Part shown: positions 12,520 to 21,291 of the stretch, in pieces
Layout of the letters: every line of letters starts with the position of its first letter
Position numbering within the stretch: the stretch's first letter is position 1
Source of the DNA: Candidatus Profftella armatura
GTDB taxonomy: Bacteria; Pseudomonadota; Gammaproteobacteria; Burkholderiales; Burkholderiaceae
Assembly: GCF_000441555.1 (NCBI RefSeq)
Contig: NC_021885.1
Location: 390,001 to 422,000 of the forward strand
Direction of reading: 5' to 3'
DNA length: 32,000 nt
Translations under genes and position numbers: made by a program
The notes under the pieces: model-generated
What the model saw: the letters and a program-made list of their open reading frames with translations, nothing else
What the model was told of the DNA's origin: nothing
Databases searched by the model: none

Positions 12520-13236
12520 ATGATAAAACCTATTTATAAACGTGTTCTTCTTAAATTATCAGGCGAAGCATTAATGAAGGGGGATGCTTATAATATTAAT
12601 TCTTCTATCATTAAAAATATAATTTCTGAAATATCAGAAATTGTTTCTTGTGGAATAGAACTAGCTATTGTAATTGGTGGTGGTAATATTTGTAGAGGTA
12701 TTTCAAATAAAATACAAAATATAGATCGCTCTACTGCTGATTATATGGGAATGTTGGCTACAATTATTAATTCTTTAGCATTATTTGATATATTAAATAA
12801 ATCTGGAATTATATCCCATGTAATGTCTGCTATTAGTATTGAAAAATTTTTAGAATCATATATTCCTTTAAATGCAATTAAATATTTAGAAGAAGGAAAG
12901 GTTGTGATTTTTGCTGGAGGAACAGGAAATCCATTTTTTACAACAGATACTACTGCAGCGTTAAGAGCAGCAGAAATTAAAGCAGAAATTATACTTAAAG
13001 CAACTAAAGTTGATGGAATTTATAATTTTGATCCAAATAAATGTTTATCTGCAATTATTTATAAAAAAATTACTTTTGACGAGGTAATTTCTAAAAAATT
13101 GGAAATTATGGATTCAACTGCATTTTCTTTTTGTCGTGATCAAAAATTACCTATTAGAGTTTTTTCAATTATTAAATCAGGAGCATTAAAACGAGTAATA
13201 GAAGGAAAAAATGAAGGTACTTTAGTTTATGTATAA
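12520..13236 (+). CDS. pyrH: UMP kinase
   Basis: [39 protein letters not shown] and [19 protein letters not shown] are canonical PyrH motifs. Confidence 0.95.
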   Translation: MIKPIYKRVLLKLSGEALMKGDAYNINSSIIKNIISEISEIVSCGIELAIVIGGGNICRGISNKIQNIDRSTADYMGMLATIINSLALFDILNKSGIISHVMSAISIEKFLESYIPLNAIKYLEEGKVVIFAGGTGNPFFTTDTTAALRAAEIKAEIILKATKVDGIYNFDPNKCLSAIIYKKITFDEVISKKLEIMDSTAFSFCRDQKLPIRVFSIIKSGALKRVIEGKNEGTLVYV

Positions 13237-13315
13237 TTTTTTATGATTTAATATAAAAACTATTTTATTAGTTTAGTTTTATAAAATTTAAATTTAATCT
13301 TAGGAAATTTATATT

Positions 13316-13876
13316 ATGATAATTAGTGATATAAAAAAAAATACAAAACAAAAAATGTTAAATACTATAAAAATTTTAAAAGAAAATTTAAAAAAAGTTC
13401 GAACTGGACGTGCTAACATAGGTATGTTAGATAATATTCAAGTAAAATATCATGAACATTTAACGAAATTATTAAAAATTGCAAATATTACTTTATTTAA
13501 TTCACATACTATAAGTATACAACCTTTCGAAAAAGAAATGAGCTCTATTATAAAAAAAGCAATTAATGAAGCTAATTTAGGATTAAATCCAACAATTCAA
13601 GGTAATATAATTTATGTATCAATTCCTCCATTAACAAAAGAACGAAGAGAAGAAATTGTGAAATTAATAAAAAATATAACAGAAGAAACTAAAATTTCTA
13701 TTAGAAAAATAAGAAGAGATTCTAACGAAAACTTAAAGAAATTACTTAAAAATAAAATTTTATCTGTAGATAATGAGTATAGAGCTCAATATGATATACA
13801 AAAACTAACTGATAAATTTATTTTAGAAATAAATCAACTATTAATTAATAAAGAAAAAGAAATATTAACATTGTGA
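13316..13876 (+). CDS. frr: Ribosome recycling factor
   Basis: The 186-aa ORF has RTGRANIGMLDNIQV, IPPLTKERREE and IRKIRRD motifs. It ends in TGA at 13874-13876, which shows that UGA is a stop codon here. Confidence 0.95.
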   Translation: MIISDIKKNTKQKMLNTIKILKENLKKVRTGRANIGMLDNIQVKYHEHLTKLLKIANITLFNSHTISIQPFEKEMSSIIKKAINEANLGLNPTIQGNIIYVSIPPLTKERREEIVKLIKNITEETKISIRKIRRDSNENLKKLLKNKILSVDNEYRAQYDIQKLTDKFILEINQLLINKEKEILTL

Positions 13877-13928
13877 TTATATTTTTAAAAATTATTTTTT
13901 TTAAAAATTTAATTAATAAATATTTTGA

Positions 13929-15737
13929 TTAATTTTTTGTTTTTTTATATAAAATATTTAATTCATTTAATTGTTTTTCATCAACAATAGATGGTGCATT
14001 TGTAAGTAAACATTGTGCACTTTGAGTTTTTGGAAAAGCAATTACATCACGAATAGACTTAGATCCTGTCATTATTGTAATTAAACGATCCAACCCAAAT
14101 GCTATTCCTCCATGCGGGGGTGCTCCATATTTTAATGAATTAAGTAAAAATCCAAATTGAGTTTTTACAATTTTATTATCAATATTTAATACTTTAAATA
14201 TCTTTTTTTGTATTTCTGCATCATGAATACGAATTGACCCTCCTCCTATTTCCCAACCATTAATTATAAGATCATAAGCCTTAGAAAAAATCTTTTCTGG
14301 ATTAGTAATAATAAAATCTTCATACCCATCCTTTGGGGCAGTAAAAGGGTGGTGTCTTGCTATCCAATTATTATTAATTTTATCATATTTAAACATTGGA
14401 AAATTAATAACCCATAAAGGATGCCACTTATTATTTAATATATTATTTCTTTTTCCAAAATCACTATAACCTATTTTAATACGTAATGCACTCATAAAAT
14501 TATTAACAATATTTTTTTCGTCACCCCCTAAAAAAATTATATCACCATTTTGTGCCTCTGTTTTATTAATAATTTTTTCTAAAATTAAATTATTAAAATA
14601 TTTAATAATTGGAGATTTTAAACCATCAAATTCTTTAGAAATTTTATGAATTTTAATGTATGTTAGTCCTTTTGCGCCATAAGTTTTTACAAATTGTGTA
14701 TAATAATTTATTTCATTACGTGAGATAGAAAATCCACCGGGTATTTTTAAACCAATTATGCGGCCATTTTTCATGTTAGCAATTTTAGAAAAAAGTTTAA
14801 AATCAGAATCTTTCATTATATTTGTTAAATCTGTAAAAATTAATTTTATACACATATCTGGTTTATCTGATCCATATAATTTTATAGCAGTAGACCATTC
14901 AATAACTGGAAATGGATTTGGTAATTTAATATTAAGTGTTTTATAAAAAATAACACGAATCATTTCTTCAAAAAGATTTCGTATTTCTTCCTCGTTCATA
15001 AATGAAGTTTCACAATCAATTTGCGTAAACTCAGGTTGACGATCAGATCTTAAATCTTCATCACGAAAGCATTTTGTAATTTGATAATAACGATCAAAAT
15101 TTGCAACCATTAATAATTGTTTAAATAATTGAGGGGATTGTGGAAGAGCAAAAAATTCTCCTGGGTTGATTCGTGACGGGACTAAATAATCACGCGCACC
15201 TTCTGGCGTTGATTTACTTAATATAGGGGTTTCAATCTCAATAAATTTCTTAGAATCTAAAAATTTTCTTACTTCCATTGTTACCTTATATCGTAATCGT
15301 AAATTTTTTTGCATATGTTTATAACGCAAATAAAGTACACGATATTTTAAATTAGTAACTTCTAATATATTTTTTTCGTCTATTTGAAATGGAAGAGTAA
15401 TTGAGGAATTTAATATTTTTAATTCCCTGCATAATATTTCAATATTTCCAGATATTAAATTAGTATTATTAGTTTTATTAGGTCTGCTACACACTTTTCC
15501 AATAATTTGTAAACAAAATTCATTACGAATGATTTTAGCAATTTTATATATTTTTATATCATTCGGATCGAAAACTATCTGAACTAATCCTGTATAATCA
15601 CGTAAATCTATAAAAATAATTCCACCATGATTACGTTTACGATGTACCCATCCACACAAACTAATAACCTGGTCAAGTAATTTTTCCGTGATATTGCCGC
15701 AATAATGTGTTCTCATGTTATTAACATACTTATTCAA
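13929..15737 (-). CDS. aspS: Aspartyl-tRNA synthetase
   Basis: The 602-aa ORF has GWVHRKRNHGGIIFIDLRDYTGLVQ (OB-fold anticodon-binding domain). It also has the class II motifs FRDEDLRSDRQPEFTQID and GGIAFGLDRL. Confidence 0.97.
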   Translation of the reverse strand: MNKYVNNMRTHYCGNITEKLLDQVISLCGWVHRKRNHGGIIFIDLRDYTGLVQIVFDPNDIKIYKIAKIIRNEFCLQIIGKVCSRPNKTNNTNLISGNIEILCRELKILNSSITLPFQIDEKNILEVTNLKYRVLYLRYKHMQKNLRLRYKVTMEVRKFLDSKKFIEIETPILSKSTPEGARDYLVPSRINPGEFFALPQSPQLFKQLLMVANFDRYYQITKCFRDEDLRSDRQPEFTQIDCETSFMNEEEIRNLFEEMIRVIFYKTLNIKLPNPFPVIEWSTAIKLYGSDKPDMCIKLIFTDLTNIMKDSDFKLFSKIANMKNGRIIGLKIPGGFSISRNEINYYTQFVKTYGAKGLTYIKIHKISKEFDGLKSPIIKYFNNLILEKIINKTEAQNGDIIFLGGDEKNIVNNFMSALRIKIGYSDFGKRNNILNNKWHPLWVINFPMFKYDKINNNWIARHHPFTAPKDGYEDFIITNPEKIFSKAYDLIINGWEIGGGSIRIHDAEIQKKIFKVLNIDNKIVKTQFGFLLNSLKYGAPPHGGIAFGLDRLITIMTGSKSIRDVIAFPKTQSAQCLLTNAPSIVDEKQLNELNILYKKTKN

Positions 15738-15904
15738 AAATTAAATTTATTGATAATAATTTAAAATTTATTTAAAATTATGTTTTTATTATACACTTAA
15801 TATAAATTTAAATTAACAATTTAAATTAAATTTATTTATAAAGTTAATTTTTTTGTTTTACTAGTAAATATTTGTATAAATTTTATTTGTTGGGGTATAA
15901 AAGT

Positions 15905-16516
15905 ATGATGGTTTTATATTCAGGAACAACTTGTCCATTTTCTCAAAGATGTCGTTTAGTTTTATTTGAGAAAGGAATGGATTTCGAGATTCGTGATATT
16001 GATCTTTTCAATAAACCAGATAATATTTTTAGAATGAATCCATATGGTCAAGTACCTATATTAGTTGAACGTGATCTAATTTTATATGAGTCAAATATTA
16101 TTAATGAATATATTGATGAACGCTTTCCTTATCCTCAATTAATGTCATCAGATCCATTAATGAGAGCTAGAGCTAGATTAATGTTATTAAATTTTGAAAA
16201 AGAAATATTTATTCATTTATATATGTTAGAAAATGAAAGAAATAAAACCTCCATAAAAGGATATAAAAGAGCACGAGAAGAAATTCGTGATCGTTTAATC
16301 ACTTTAGCTCCATTGTTTTTAAAGAATAAATATATGTTAGGTGATGAATTTTCAATGTTAGATGTGGTAATAGCTCCCTTATTATGGCGTCTTGATTATT
16401 ATGGTATAAATTTATCAAAATCCGCTTCTCCTTTAATAAAATATGCTGAAAGAATTTTTTCTCGTCCATCTTATATGGAGTCTCTAACTCCAGCAGAAAA
16501 AATTATGCGTAAATAA
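15905..16516 (+). CDS. sspA: Stringent starvation protein A (GST-fold, RNA polymerase-associated)
   Basis: The sequence MMVLYSGTTCPFSQRCRLVLFEKGMDFEIRDID...NPYGQVPILVERDLILYESNIINEYIDERFPYPQLM aligns convincingly by eye with E. coli SspA. I use the ATG at 15905 rather than the ORF track's TTG at 15872. The 11 extra residues have no SspA counterpart. Confidence 0.88.
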   Translation: MMVLYSGTTCPFSQRCRLVLFEKGMDFEIRDIDLFNKPDNIFRMNPYGQVPILVERDLILYESNIINEYIDERFPYPQLMSSDPLMRARARLMLLNFEKEIFIHLYMLENERNKTSIKGYKRAREEIRDRLITLAPLFLKNKYMLGDEFSMLDVVIAPLLWRLDYYGINLSKSASPLIKYAERIFSRPSYMESLTPAEKIMRK

Positions 16517-16623
16517 CTAATTTTATAAAAAATATTTTATTTTTATTTTATTTTTGCATTTTTAAGATATCATTTTATAATAGAAAATATTACAAAATAT
16601 TTCTCATGTAAGATTTACATTAA

Positions 16624-16704
16624 ATTATATTAATTAGTGTATTATTATATTAATTAGTGTATTATTATATTAATTAGTGTATTATTATATTAATTAGTGT
16701 ATTA
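16624..16704. repeat. Tandem direct repeat, 20-bp unit ATTATTATATTAATTAGTGT, about 4 copies
   Basis: Read directly: three identical units lie at 16641-16660, 16661-16680 and 16681-16700. They are preceded by a 17/20 partial copy (16621-16640) and followed by the first 4 nt of a fifth. Confidence 0.95.
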
Positions 16705-16894
16705 ATAAAAATTATACCATCATACTATACTATTAAAATTTGTTGTTAAAAAATATACTAAATATTAGTGCGGCTGATAACTATAAAACTATAACTTAAA
16801 TTTAAATAAAAATTTTGTTTCTTTAATTTATATTTTAATGGTATTATTGAAAAAATATTTATACCATAAGTTTTATATAATTTAAAAATGTAAT

Positions 16895-16970
16895 GCTGGC
16901 TTAGCTCATCTGGTAGAGCGCCTGACTTGTAATCAGGGGGTAGTAGGTTCAAGTCCTACAGCCAGCACCA
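16895..16970 (+). tRNA. tRNA-Thr (anticodon TGT), CCA encoded
   Basis: GCTGGCTTAGCTCATCTGGTAGAGCGCCTGACTTGTAATCAGGGGGTAGTAGGTTCAAGTCCTACAGCCAGCACCA folds by hand. It has acceptor GCTGGCT/AGCCAGC, D stem GCTC/GAGC and anticodon stem CCTGA/TCAGG with loop CTTGTAA. The T stem is GTAGG/CCTAC with loop TTCAAGT, and the total length is 76 nt. Confidence 0.93.
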
Positions 16971-17029
16971 AAATAAATAAAAATTCTTAAAAATTATTTT
17001 TTATTAATTTTATAAAAATTTTTTTATTT

Positions 17030-17635
17030 TTATGTATCATTATAAAAGTGTCCTAATTTTTTAGCTTTTGTGTTTAGGTAATGATTATTAAAAGGATTTC
17101 TGTTTACTAAAATAGATATACGCTCAACTACAGTAACACCAAATTCTTTTAAAGCAGCTACTTTATTAGGATTATTAGTCATTAATCTAACTTTATTTAT
17201 ACCAAAATGAATAAACATTGACTTAAGATTTTTATAATCTCTCTGATCATCCGCAAATCCTAATTTTTGATTAGCTTCTACTGTATCAGCTCCCTCATCT
17301 TGTAATTTATAAGCTCGTAATTTATTAATTAAACCAATACCTCTTCCTTCTTGGCGTAAATAAAATAATGCACCTTTATTTTCTAAAGCAATTTTTTTTA
17401 ATGCCATTTCTAATTGAGCGCCACAATCACAGCGTTGACTAAACATAGCGTCTCCAGTTAAACATTCCGAATGAACTCTTATAAGTATTGTTTCAAAATT
17501 ACTTAAAACGCCTAGTGTAATTGCCAAATATTCTTTTCCTGTTATATCAACAAATGCATGTAATTTAAAAATAGCCCAAGGTGTTGGTAAATTACAAGTA
17601 GTGACATACTTCAGAGTTTCTTCATTAGATAACAT
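17030..17635 (-). CDS. ribA: GTP cyclohydrolase II (riboflavin biosynthesis), monofunctional
   Basis: The 201-aa ORF has LPTPWAIFKL, RVHSECLTGDAMFSQRCDCGAQLE (zinc Cys triad) and RQEGRGIGLINKLRAYKLQDEGADTVEAN. It is nearly colinear with E. coli RibA. Confidence 0.93.
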   Translation of the reverse strand: MLSNEETLKYVTTCNLPTPWAIFKLHAFVDITGKEYLAITLGVLSNFETILIRVHSECLTGDAMFSQRCDCGAQLEMALKKIALENKGALFYLRQEGRGIGLINKLRAYKLQDEGADTVEANQKLGFADDQRDYKNLKSMFIHFGINKVRLMTNNPNKVAALKEFGVTVVERISILVNRNPFNNHYLNTKAKKLGHFYNDT

Positions 17636-17909
17636 AAAAACCTCAAAAATAAAATATATAAAGTAACTCTGAAAAATTATATTTTATTTTTTATTAAATG
17701 AATAATAAAAAATTTTTTAATTGAATATATGTTTGTACAAAAATATAATTTATCAAAATTATATGAACTAATTTAATTTTTTTAAATAATTTTGTATAAG
17801 TTTATAAAATATAATATATTAAATTAAATTAATGTCGTAATTATTTAGTAATCAAATTATTTTAAATCTAATAATTTTATATAAATAAAATGTATATACA
17901 TAATTTTTA

Positions 17910-18830
17910 TTAATTATTTAAAATTTTATTAATGAATTTTCTATTTAATTTAGGAGATAATAATTTTATAAAAGAATAAACATAACTACGTAAATAAGTA
18001 CCTTGTTTAATTATTACACGTGATATAGTAGTACCAAATAAATGACTAGCTGAAATTGAACGAAGATTTTTATCCCGATTAGAATCAAATGCTATGCTAG
18101 CAATAATACCAATACCCATACGCAACTCGACATATGTTTTAATAATATCAGAATTTATTGTTTCTAAAACAATATAAGGAGTAAGTTTTTGAAGAGAAAA
18201 TTCACGATCAAGTTTAATTCTACCTGAAAATGATAAATCATATGTTATTAATGGATAATTTGATATTTCTTTTAAAGAGATAGAATTTAATAAAAGTAAA
18301 GGATGATCTAATGGTACTATAATAACATATTCCCATTGATAACAAGGTATAGAAATTAATTTATCACTAGGAGATAATATTTCAGTAACGATTGCAATAT
18401 CAGCTTGATCATTTCGTATCATTTCTGTAATTTGTTTAGGATTACCCTGTAATAAAGATAATTTAACTTTTGGAAATTGAATAGTAAATTCTTTTATAAT
18501 TTTAGGTAATGCATAACGCGCTTGCGTGTGAGTAGTTGCAATAGTTAAATTTCCAGTATCATACGCAGAAAATTCTTTACCTATTTTTTTTAAACCTTCT
18601 ATTTCTTGCATAATTATTTCAATTGAACGTAATATAGCTTGACCAGGTTTTGTCAGTCCGCGAATTCTTTTTCCATGACGTATAAAAATATCGATACTTA
18701 ATTCTTCTTCAAGTTCAATAATTGCTTTTGATACACCAGGCTGGGAAGTATATAAAGCTTTAGCCGCCTCTGTTAAATTAAAATTTTGTCTAACAGCCTC
18801 TCGAACGAAACGAAATTGATGAAGATTCAT
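17910..18830 (-). CDS. cysB: LysR-family transcriptional regulator, CysB/Cbl type
   Basis: The N-terminal wHTH MNLHQFRFVREAVRQNFNLTEAAKALYTSQPGVSKAIIELEEELSIDIFIRHGKRIRGLT parallels E. coli CysB (LYTSQPGISKQ...). The gene is divergently oriented to the cysI operon. CysB cannot be separated from Cbl or SsuR paralogs without a search. Confidence 0.8.
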   Translation of the reverse strand: MNLHQFRFVREAVRQNFNLTEAAKALYTSQPGVSKAIIELEEELSIDIFIRHGKRIRGLTKPGQAILRSIEIIMQEIEGLKKIGKEFSAYDTGNLTIATTHTQARYALPKIIKEFTIQFPKVKLSLLQGNPKQITEMIRNDQADIAIVTEILSPSDKLISIPCYQWEYVIIVPLDHPLLLLNSISLKEISNYPLITYDLSFSGRIKLDREFSLQKLTPYIVLETINSDIIKTYVELRMGIGIIASIAFDSNRDKNLRSISASHLFGTTISRVIIKQGTYLRSYVYSFIKLLSPKLNRKFINKILNN

Positions 18831-19050
18831 CGTATATTTTCTCTATATTTTAATAAAATTTAAATAATATTTTTATTGTTTTTAAATAAATAAATTTGTA
18901 ATTTTTTATTATTATAAGTAAATAAATACTAATTCGTTTAGAATAAAAAAAAATTATATTACAATTTTATATATTATAAACTATATCTAGTTATTACTTT
19001 TTATGGTATAGATAAGTAATTATGTTATCAATGTTATTCAGGAAAATTAG
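18831..19050. promoter_or_regulatory. Divergent cysB / cysI control region (promoters and presumed CysB operator; exact sites not resolvable)
   Basis: This is a 220-bp spacer between a LysR regulator and its likely target operon, the classic LysR divergent architecture. Its extreme AT content prevents confident calling of -35/-10 or T-N11-A sites. Confidence 0.4.
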
Positions 19051-20703
19051 ATGTATCATTATGATAAATATGATCATCAATTAGTGAAAGAGCGTGTTAT
19101 TCAATATCGTGATCAAGTACGCCGTAGATTATCTAATGAATTGTCTGAAGAAGAATTTATTGTCCTTCGTTTGCAAAATGGTTTATATTTACAGCGTTAC
19201 GCATATATGTTAAGAATTGCCATTCCATATGGGATGTTATCATCGAAACAGATGCGTATGCTTAGTTATATTGCTAAAAAATACGATCGTAATTATGGTC
19301 ATTTTACTACAAGACAAAATATTCAATTTAACTGGATTAAACTAAAAGAATCTCCAGATATTTTAGAAAATTTAGCAAGCGTTGAAATGCATGCTATTCA
19401 AACTTCAGGAAACTGTATTCGTAATATTACGTCAGATGAATTATCTGGTGTTTCATTTGATGAAATTATTGACACTCGTCCTTACGCTGAAATTCTAAGA
19501 CAATGGAGTACTTTTCATCCAGAATTTGCCTATCTTCCTCGTAAATTTAAAATTTCTATTAGCGGGTCCCAAGAAGATCGTGCTGCTATTTTTGTACATG
19601 ACATTGGTTTACGTGCTATAAAAAATAAACTTGGAAAGATTGGTTTTTGTGTAATAGTTGGCGGAGGTATGGGACGAACTCCTATTATTGGTCAGATTAT
19701 TTGTAAATTTTTACCATGGAAACATATATTAACTTATATTGAAGCAATTTTGCGTATTTATAATCAATATGGTCGTCGTGATAACATTTATAAATCACGT
19801 ATTAAGATTTTATTAAAATCAATCGGAATTGAAAATTTTCAGTTTCAAGTTAATGAAGAATGGAAAAATATTAAAAATGGACCATCAACGCTTACATTAG
19901 AAGAATTAAAAAGAGTAAAAAAATATTTTATTACTCCTAAATACAAAACACTTCCAAAAAACAGTATTATTCTCAAAGAAAAATGTAAGCATAATAAAGA
20001 ATTTGAAAATTGGGTTCATCAAAATACTAAAGAACACAAAATTAATGGTTATATAATAGTTATCTTATCTCTAAAAAGAATTAATATGGCTCCAGGAGAT
20101 ATAACTAGCGAACAAATGAATTTTGTTGCAAATTTAGCAGATCATTATAGTTTTTCTGAATTACGTGTTACACATACACAAAATATTGTATTAAGTGATG
20201 TCACAAAAGATAATTTATTTAATTTATGGACCGAAATAAAACAATATGGATTAAGTGAATCAAATATTAATTTATTAACTGATATTATATGCTGCCCTGG
20301 TGGAGATTTTTGTTCATTAGCTAATACTAAATCACTACCAATAGCAAAAAATATTATGAAATATTTTAGTAAAGATGATCAAAGAAATATCGGAAAAATT
20401 TCATTAAATATTTCTGGATGTATAAATTCTTGTGGGCATCATCATATTGGAAATATTGGTATTCTTGGTTTAAATAAAAACGGAAATGAATATTTTCAAA
20501 TATTAATTGGCGGTTCTCAAGGAAATAAACTTAATTTTGGAAAAATAATTGGACCATCTTTTTCTGCGGATCAAGTTCCAGATATTATTAATCGTATTTT
20601 AAAAGTTTATTTACGGTATCGGATAAAAAATGAATATTTTATAAATACCGTAAAACGTATCGGAATAACTTTATTTAAAGAAAATGTATATAAAAATATA
20701 TAA
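19051..20703 (+). CDS. cysI: Assimilatory sulfite reductase hemoprotein (siroheme/[4Fe-4S], NirA/CysI family)
   Basis: The 550-aa ORF has a duplicated nitrite/sulfite reductase fold (TTRQNIQFNWI; THTQNIVLSDV). It carries the cluster/siroheme Cys motif CPGGDFCSLA...SGCINSCGHHHIGNIG. Confidence 0.9.
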   Translation: MYHYDKYDHQLVKERVIQYRDQVRRRLSNELSEEEFIVLRLQNGLYLQRYAYMLRIAIPYGMLSSKQMRMLSYIAKKYDRNYGHFTTRQNIQFNWIKLKESPDILENLASVEMHAIQTSGNCIRNITSDELSGVSFDEIIDTRPYAEILRQWSTFHPEFAYLPRKFKISISGSQEDRAAIFVHDIGLRAIKNKLGKIGFCVIVGGGMGRTPIIGQIICKFLPWKHILTYIEAILRIYNQYGRRDNIYKSRIKILLKSIGIENFQFQVNEEWKNIKNGPSTLTLEELKRVKKYFITPKYKTLPKNSIILKEKCKHNKEFENWVHQNTKEHKINGYIIVILSLKRINMAPGDITSEQMNFVANLADHYSFSELRVTHTQNIVLSDVTKDNLFNLWTEIKQYGLSESNINLLTDIICCPGGDFCSLANTKSLPIAKNIMKYFSKDDQRNIGKISLNISGCINSCGHHHIGNIGILGLNKNGNEYFQILIGGSQGNKLNFGKIIGPSFSADQVPDIINRILKVYLRYRIKNEYFINTVKRIGITLFKENVYKNI

Positions 20704-20734
20704 AATTAAACTTTAATAAAGGAGATGTTATTTG

Positions 20735-21259
20735 ATGTGTAAAATAATTAAAAATGATACTATTGTTAATGATAATTGGAAAATGCTTTATGAAAATGAT
20801 TTTATAGAAGAAAATGTAAAATTATTAGAAGATCATGTTATAGTTCCATTTAAGTTTTTAAAAAAATATTTAAAATTTAATTCTAATAATAATCTTAATA
20901 TTGGTATTTGGATTAATAGCGATGAATATTCAGAAGAACTTAAATGTGTTTTAAAAAAAAATCCAAAACAATTTAAAGTAATTGCAATTAATTTTATAAA
21001 ATTTACTGATGGAAGAGGTTATTCAATTGCATATAATTTACGTATGAAATTTAATTATACTGGAGAGCTTCGTGCAATAGGTGACGTATTACAAGATCAA
21101 CTTTTTTATATGAAAAGAGTTGGTTTTAATTCATTTGTTATACGTCATGATAAAAACATTAATTCTGCATTACATGGTTTAAATATATTTTCAGAAAAAT
21201 ATCAAACATCTGCTGATGAAAAAATACCGTTATTTCGACGAGTAAATCGCTTATTTTAG
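20735..21259 (+). CDS. DUF934-family protein, conserved partner of CysI in CysJ-less sulfite reductase operons
   Basis: The C-terminal block FIKFTDGRGYSIAYNLRMKFNYTGELRAIGDVLQDQLFYMKRVGFNSFVIR matches the FTDGRGYS...GELRA.GDVL.DQ signature I recognise for DUF934. The ATG at 20735 is preceded by AAGGAG about 9 nt upstream. The ORF track's start at 20732 is a TTG one codon earlier. Confidence 0.75.
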   Translation: MCKIIKNDTIVNDNWKMLYENDFIEENVKLLEDHVIVPFKFLKKYLKFNSNNNLNIGIWINSDEYSEELKCVLKKNPKQFKVIAINFIKFTDGRGYSIAYNLRMKFNYTGELRAIGDVLQDQLFYMKRVGFNSFVIRHDKNINSALHGLNIFSEKYQTSADEKIPLFRRVNRLF

Positions 21260-21291
21260 CATAAAATTAAAAATTTTTACTATTTAACTTT

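Noticed and set aside
13874-13876. Possible genetic-code change (UGA = Trp), as seen in some tiny betaproteobacterial symbionts.
   Set aside because: frr terminates at TGA at exactly the expected protein length. All genes give full-length products under the standard code, and Trp positions use TGG. The TGA in the xth remnant is accompanied by frameshifts and other stops, so it is a real disruption.
13877-13928. The AT-only palindrome ATTTTTAAAAAT between frr and aspS as a bidirectional terminator.
   Set aside because: The stem would consist solely of A-T pairs with negligible stability, and such palindromes are expected by chance at this base composition.
15872-15904. A TTG-initiated 11-codon extension of sspA, and similarly the TTG one codon upstream of the DUF934 ATG (20732).
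   Set aside because: The downstream ATGs align with the homologs' N-termini and are better placed relative to purine-rich Shine-Dalgarno-like sequences. The extensions are just open AT-rich leader.
16624-16704. The 20-bp tandem array as a possible CRISPR array.
   Set aside because: The units are directly adjacent with no spacers, the unit is shorter than CRISPR repeats, and no cas genes are nearby. It is a simple tandem repeat.
16758-16952. A 64-aa minus-strand ORF (MNLLPPDYKSGALPDELSQH...).
   Set aside because: Its 5' part is the antisense of tRNA-Thr (16895-16970). That peptide is the classic translation artefact of a tRNA gene. The remainder is AT-rich spacer.
17636-17909. The 274-bp region upstream of ribA as a possible FMN (RFN) riboswitch. 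Other long spacers (10613-10905, 15738-15904, 25516-25669) were considered as hidden ncRNAs.
   Set aside because: None contains the G+C-rich conserved cores expected of an RFN element or other structured RNAs. They are almost pure A/T, unlike the clearly G+C-enriched tRNAs and rnpB in this window.
18955-19035. An apparent symmetry between CTATATCTAGTTATTAC and GTATAGATAAGTAATTA upstream of cysI, considered as a CysB operator dyad.
   Set aside because: On checking, the two segments are complementary when read in the same direction, not reverse-complementary. They form neither a hairpin nor a true dyad, and the match is imperfect.
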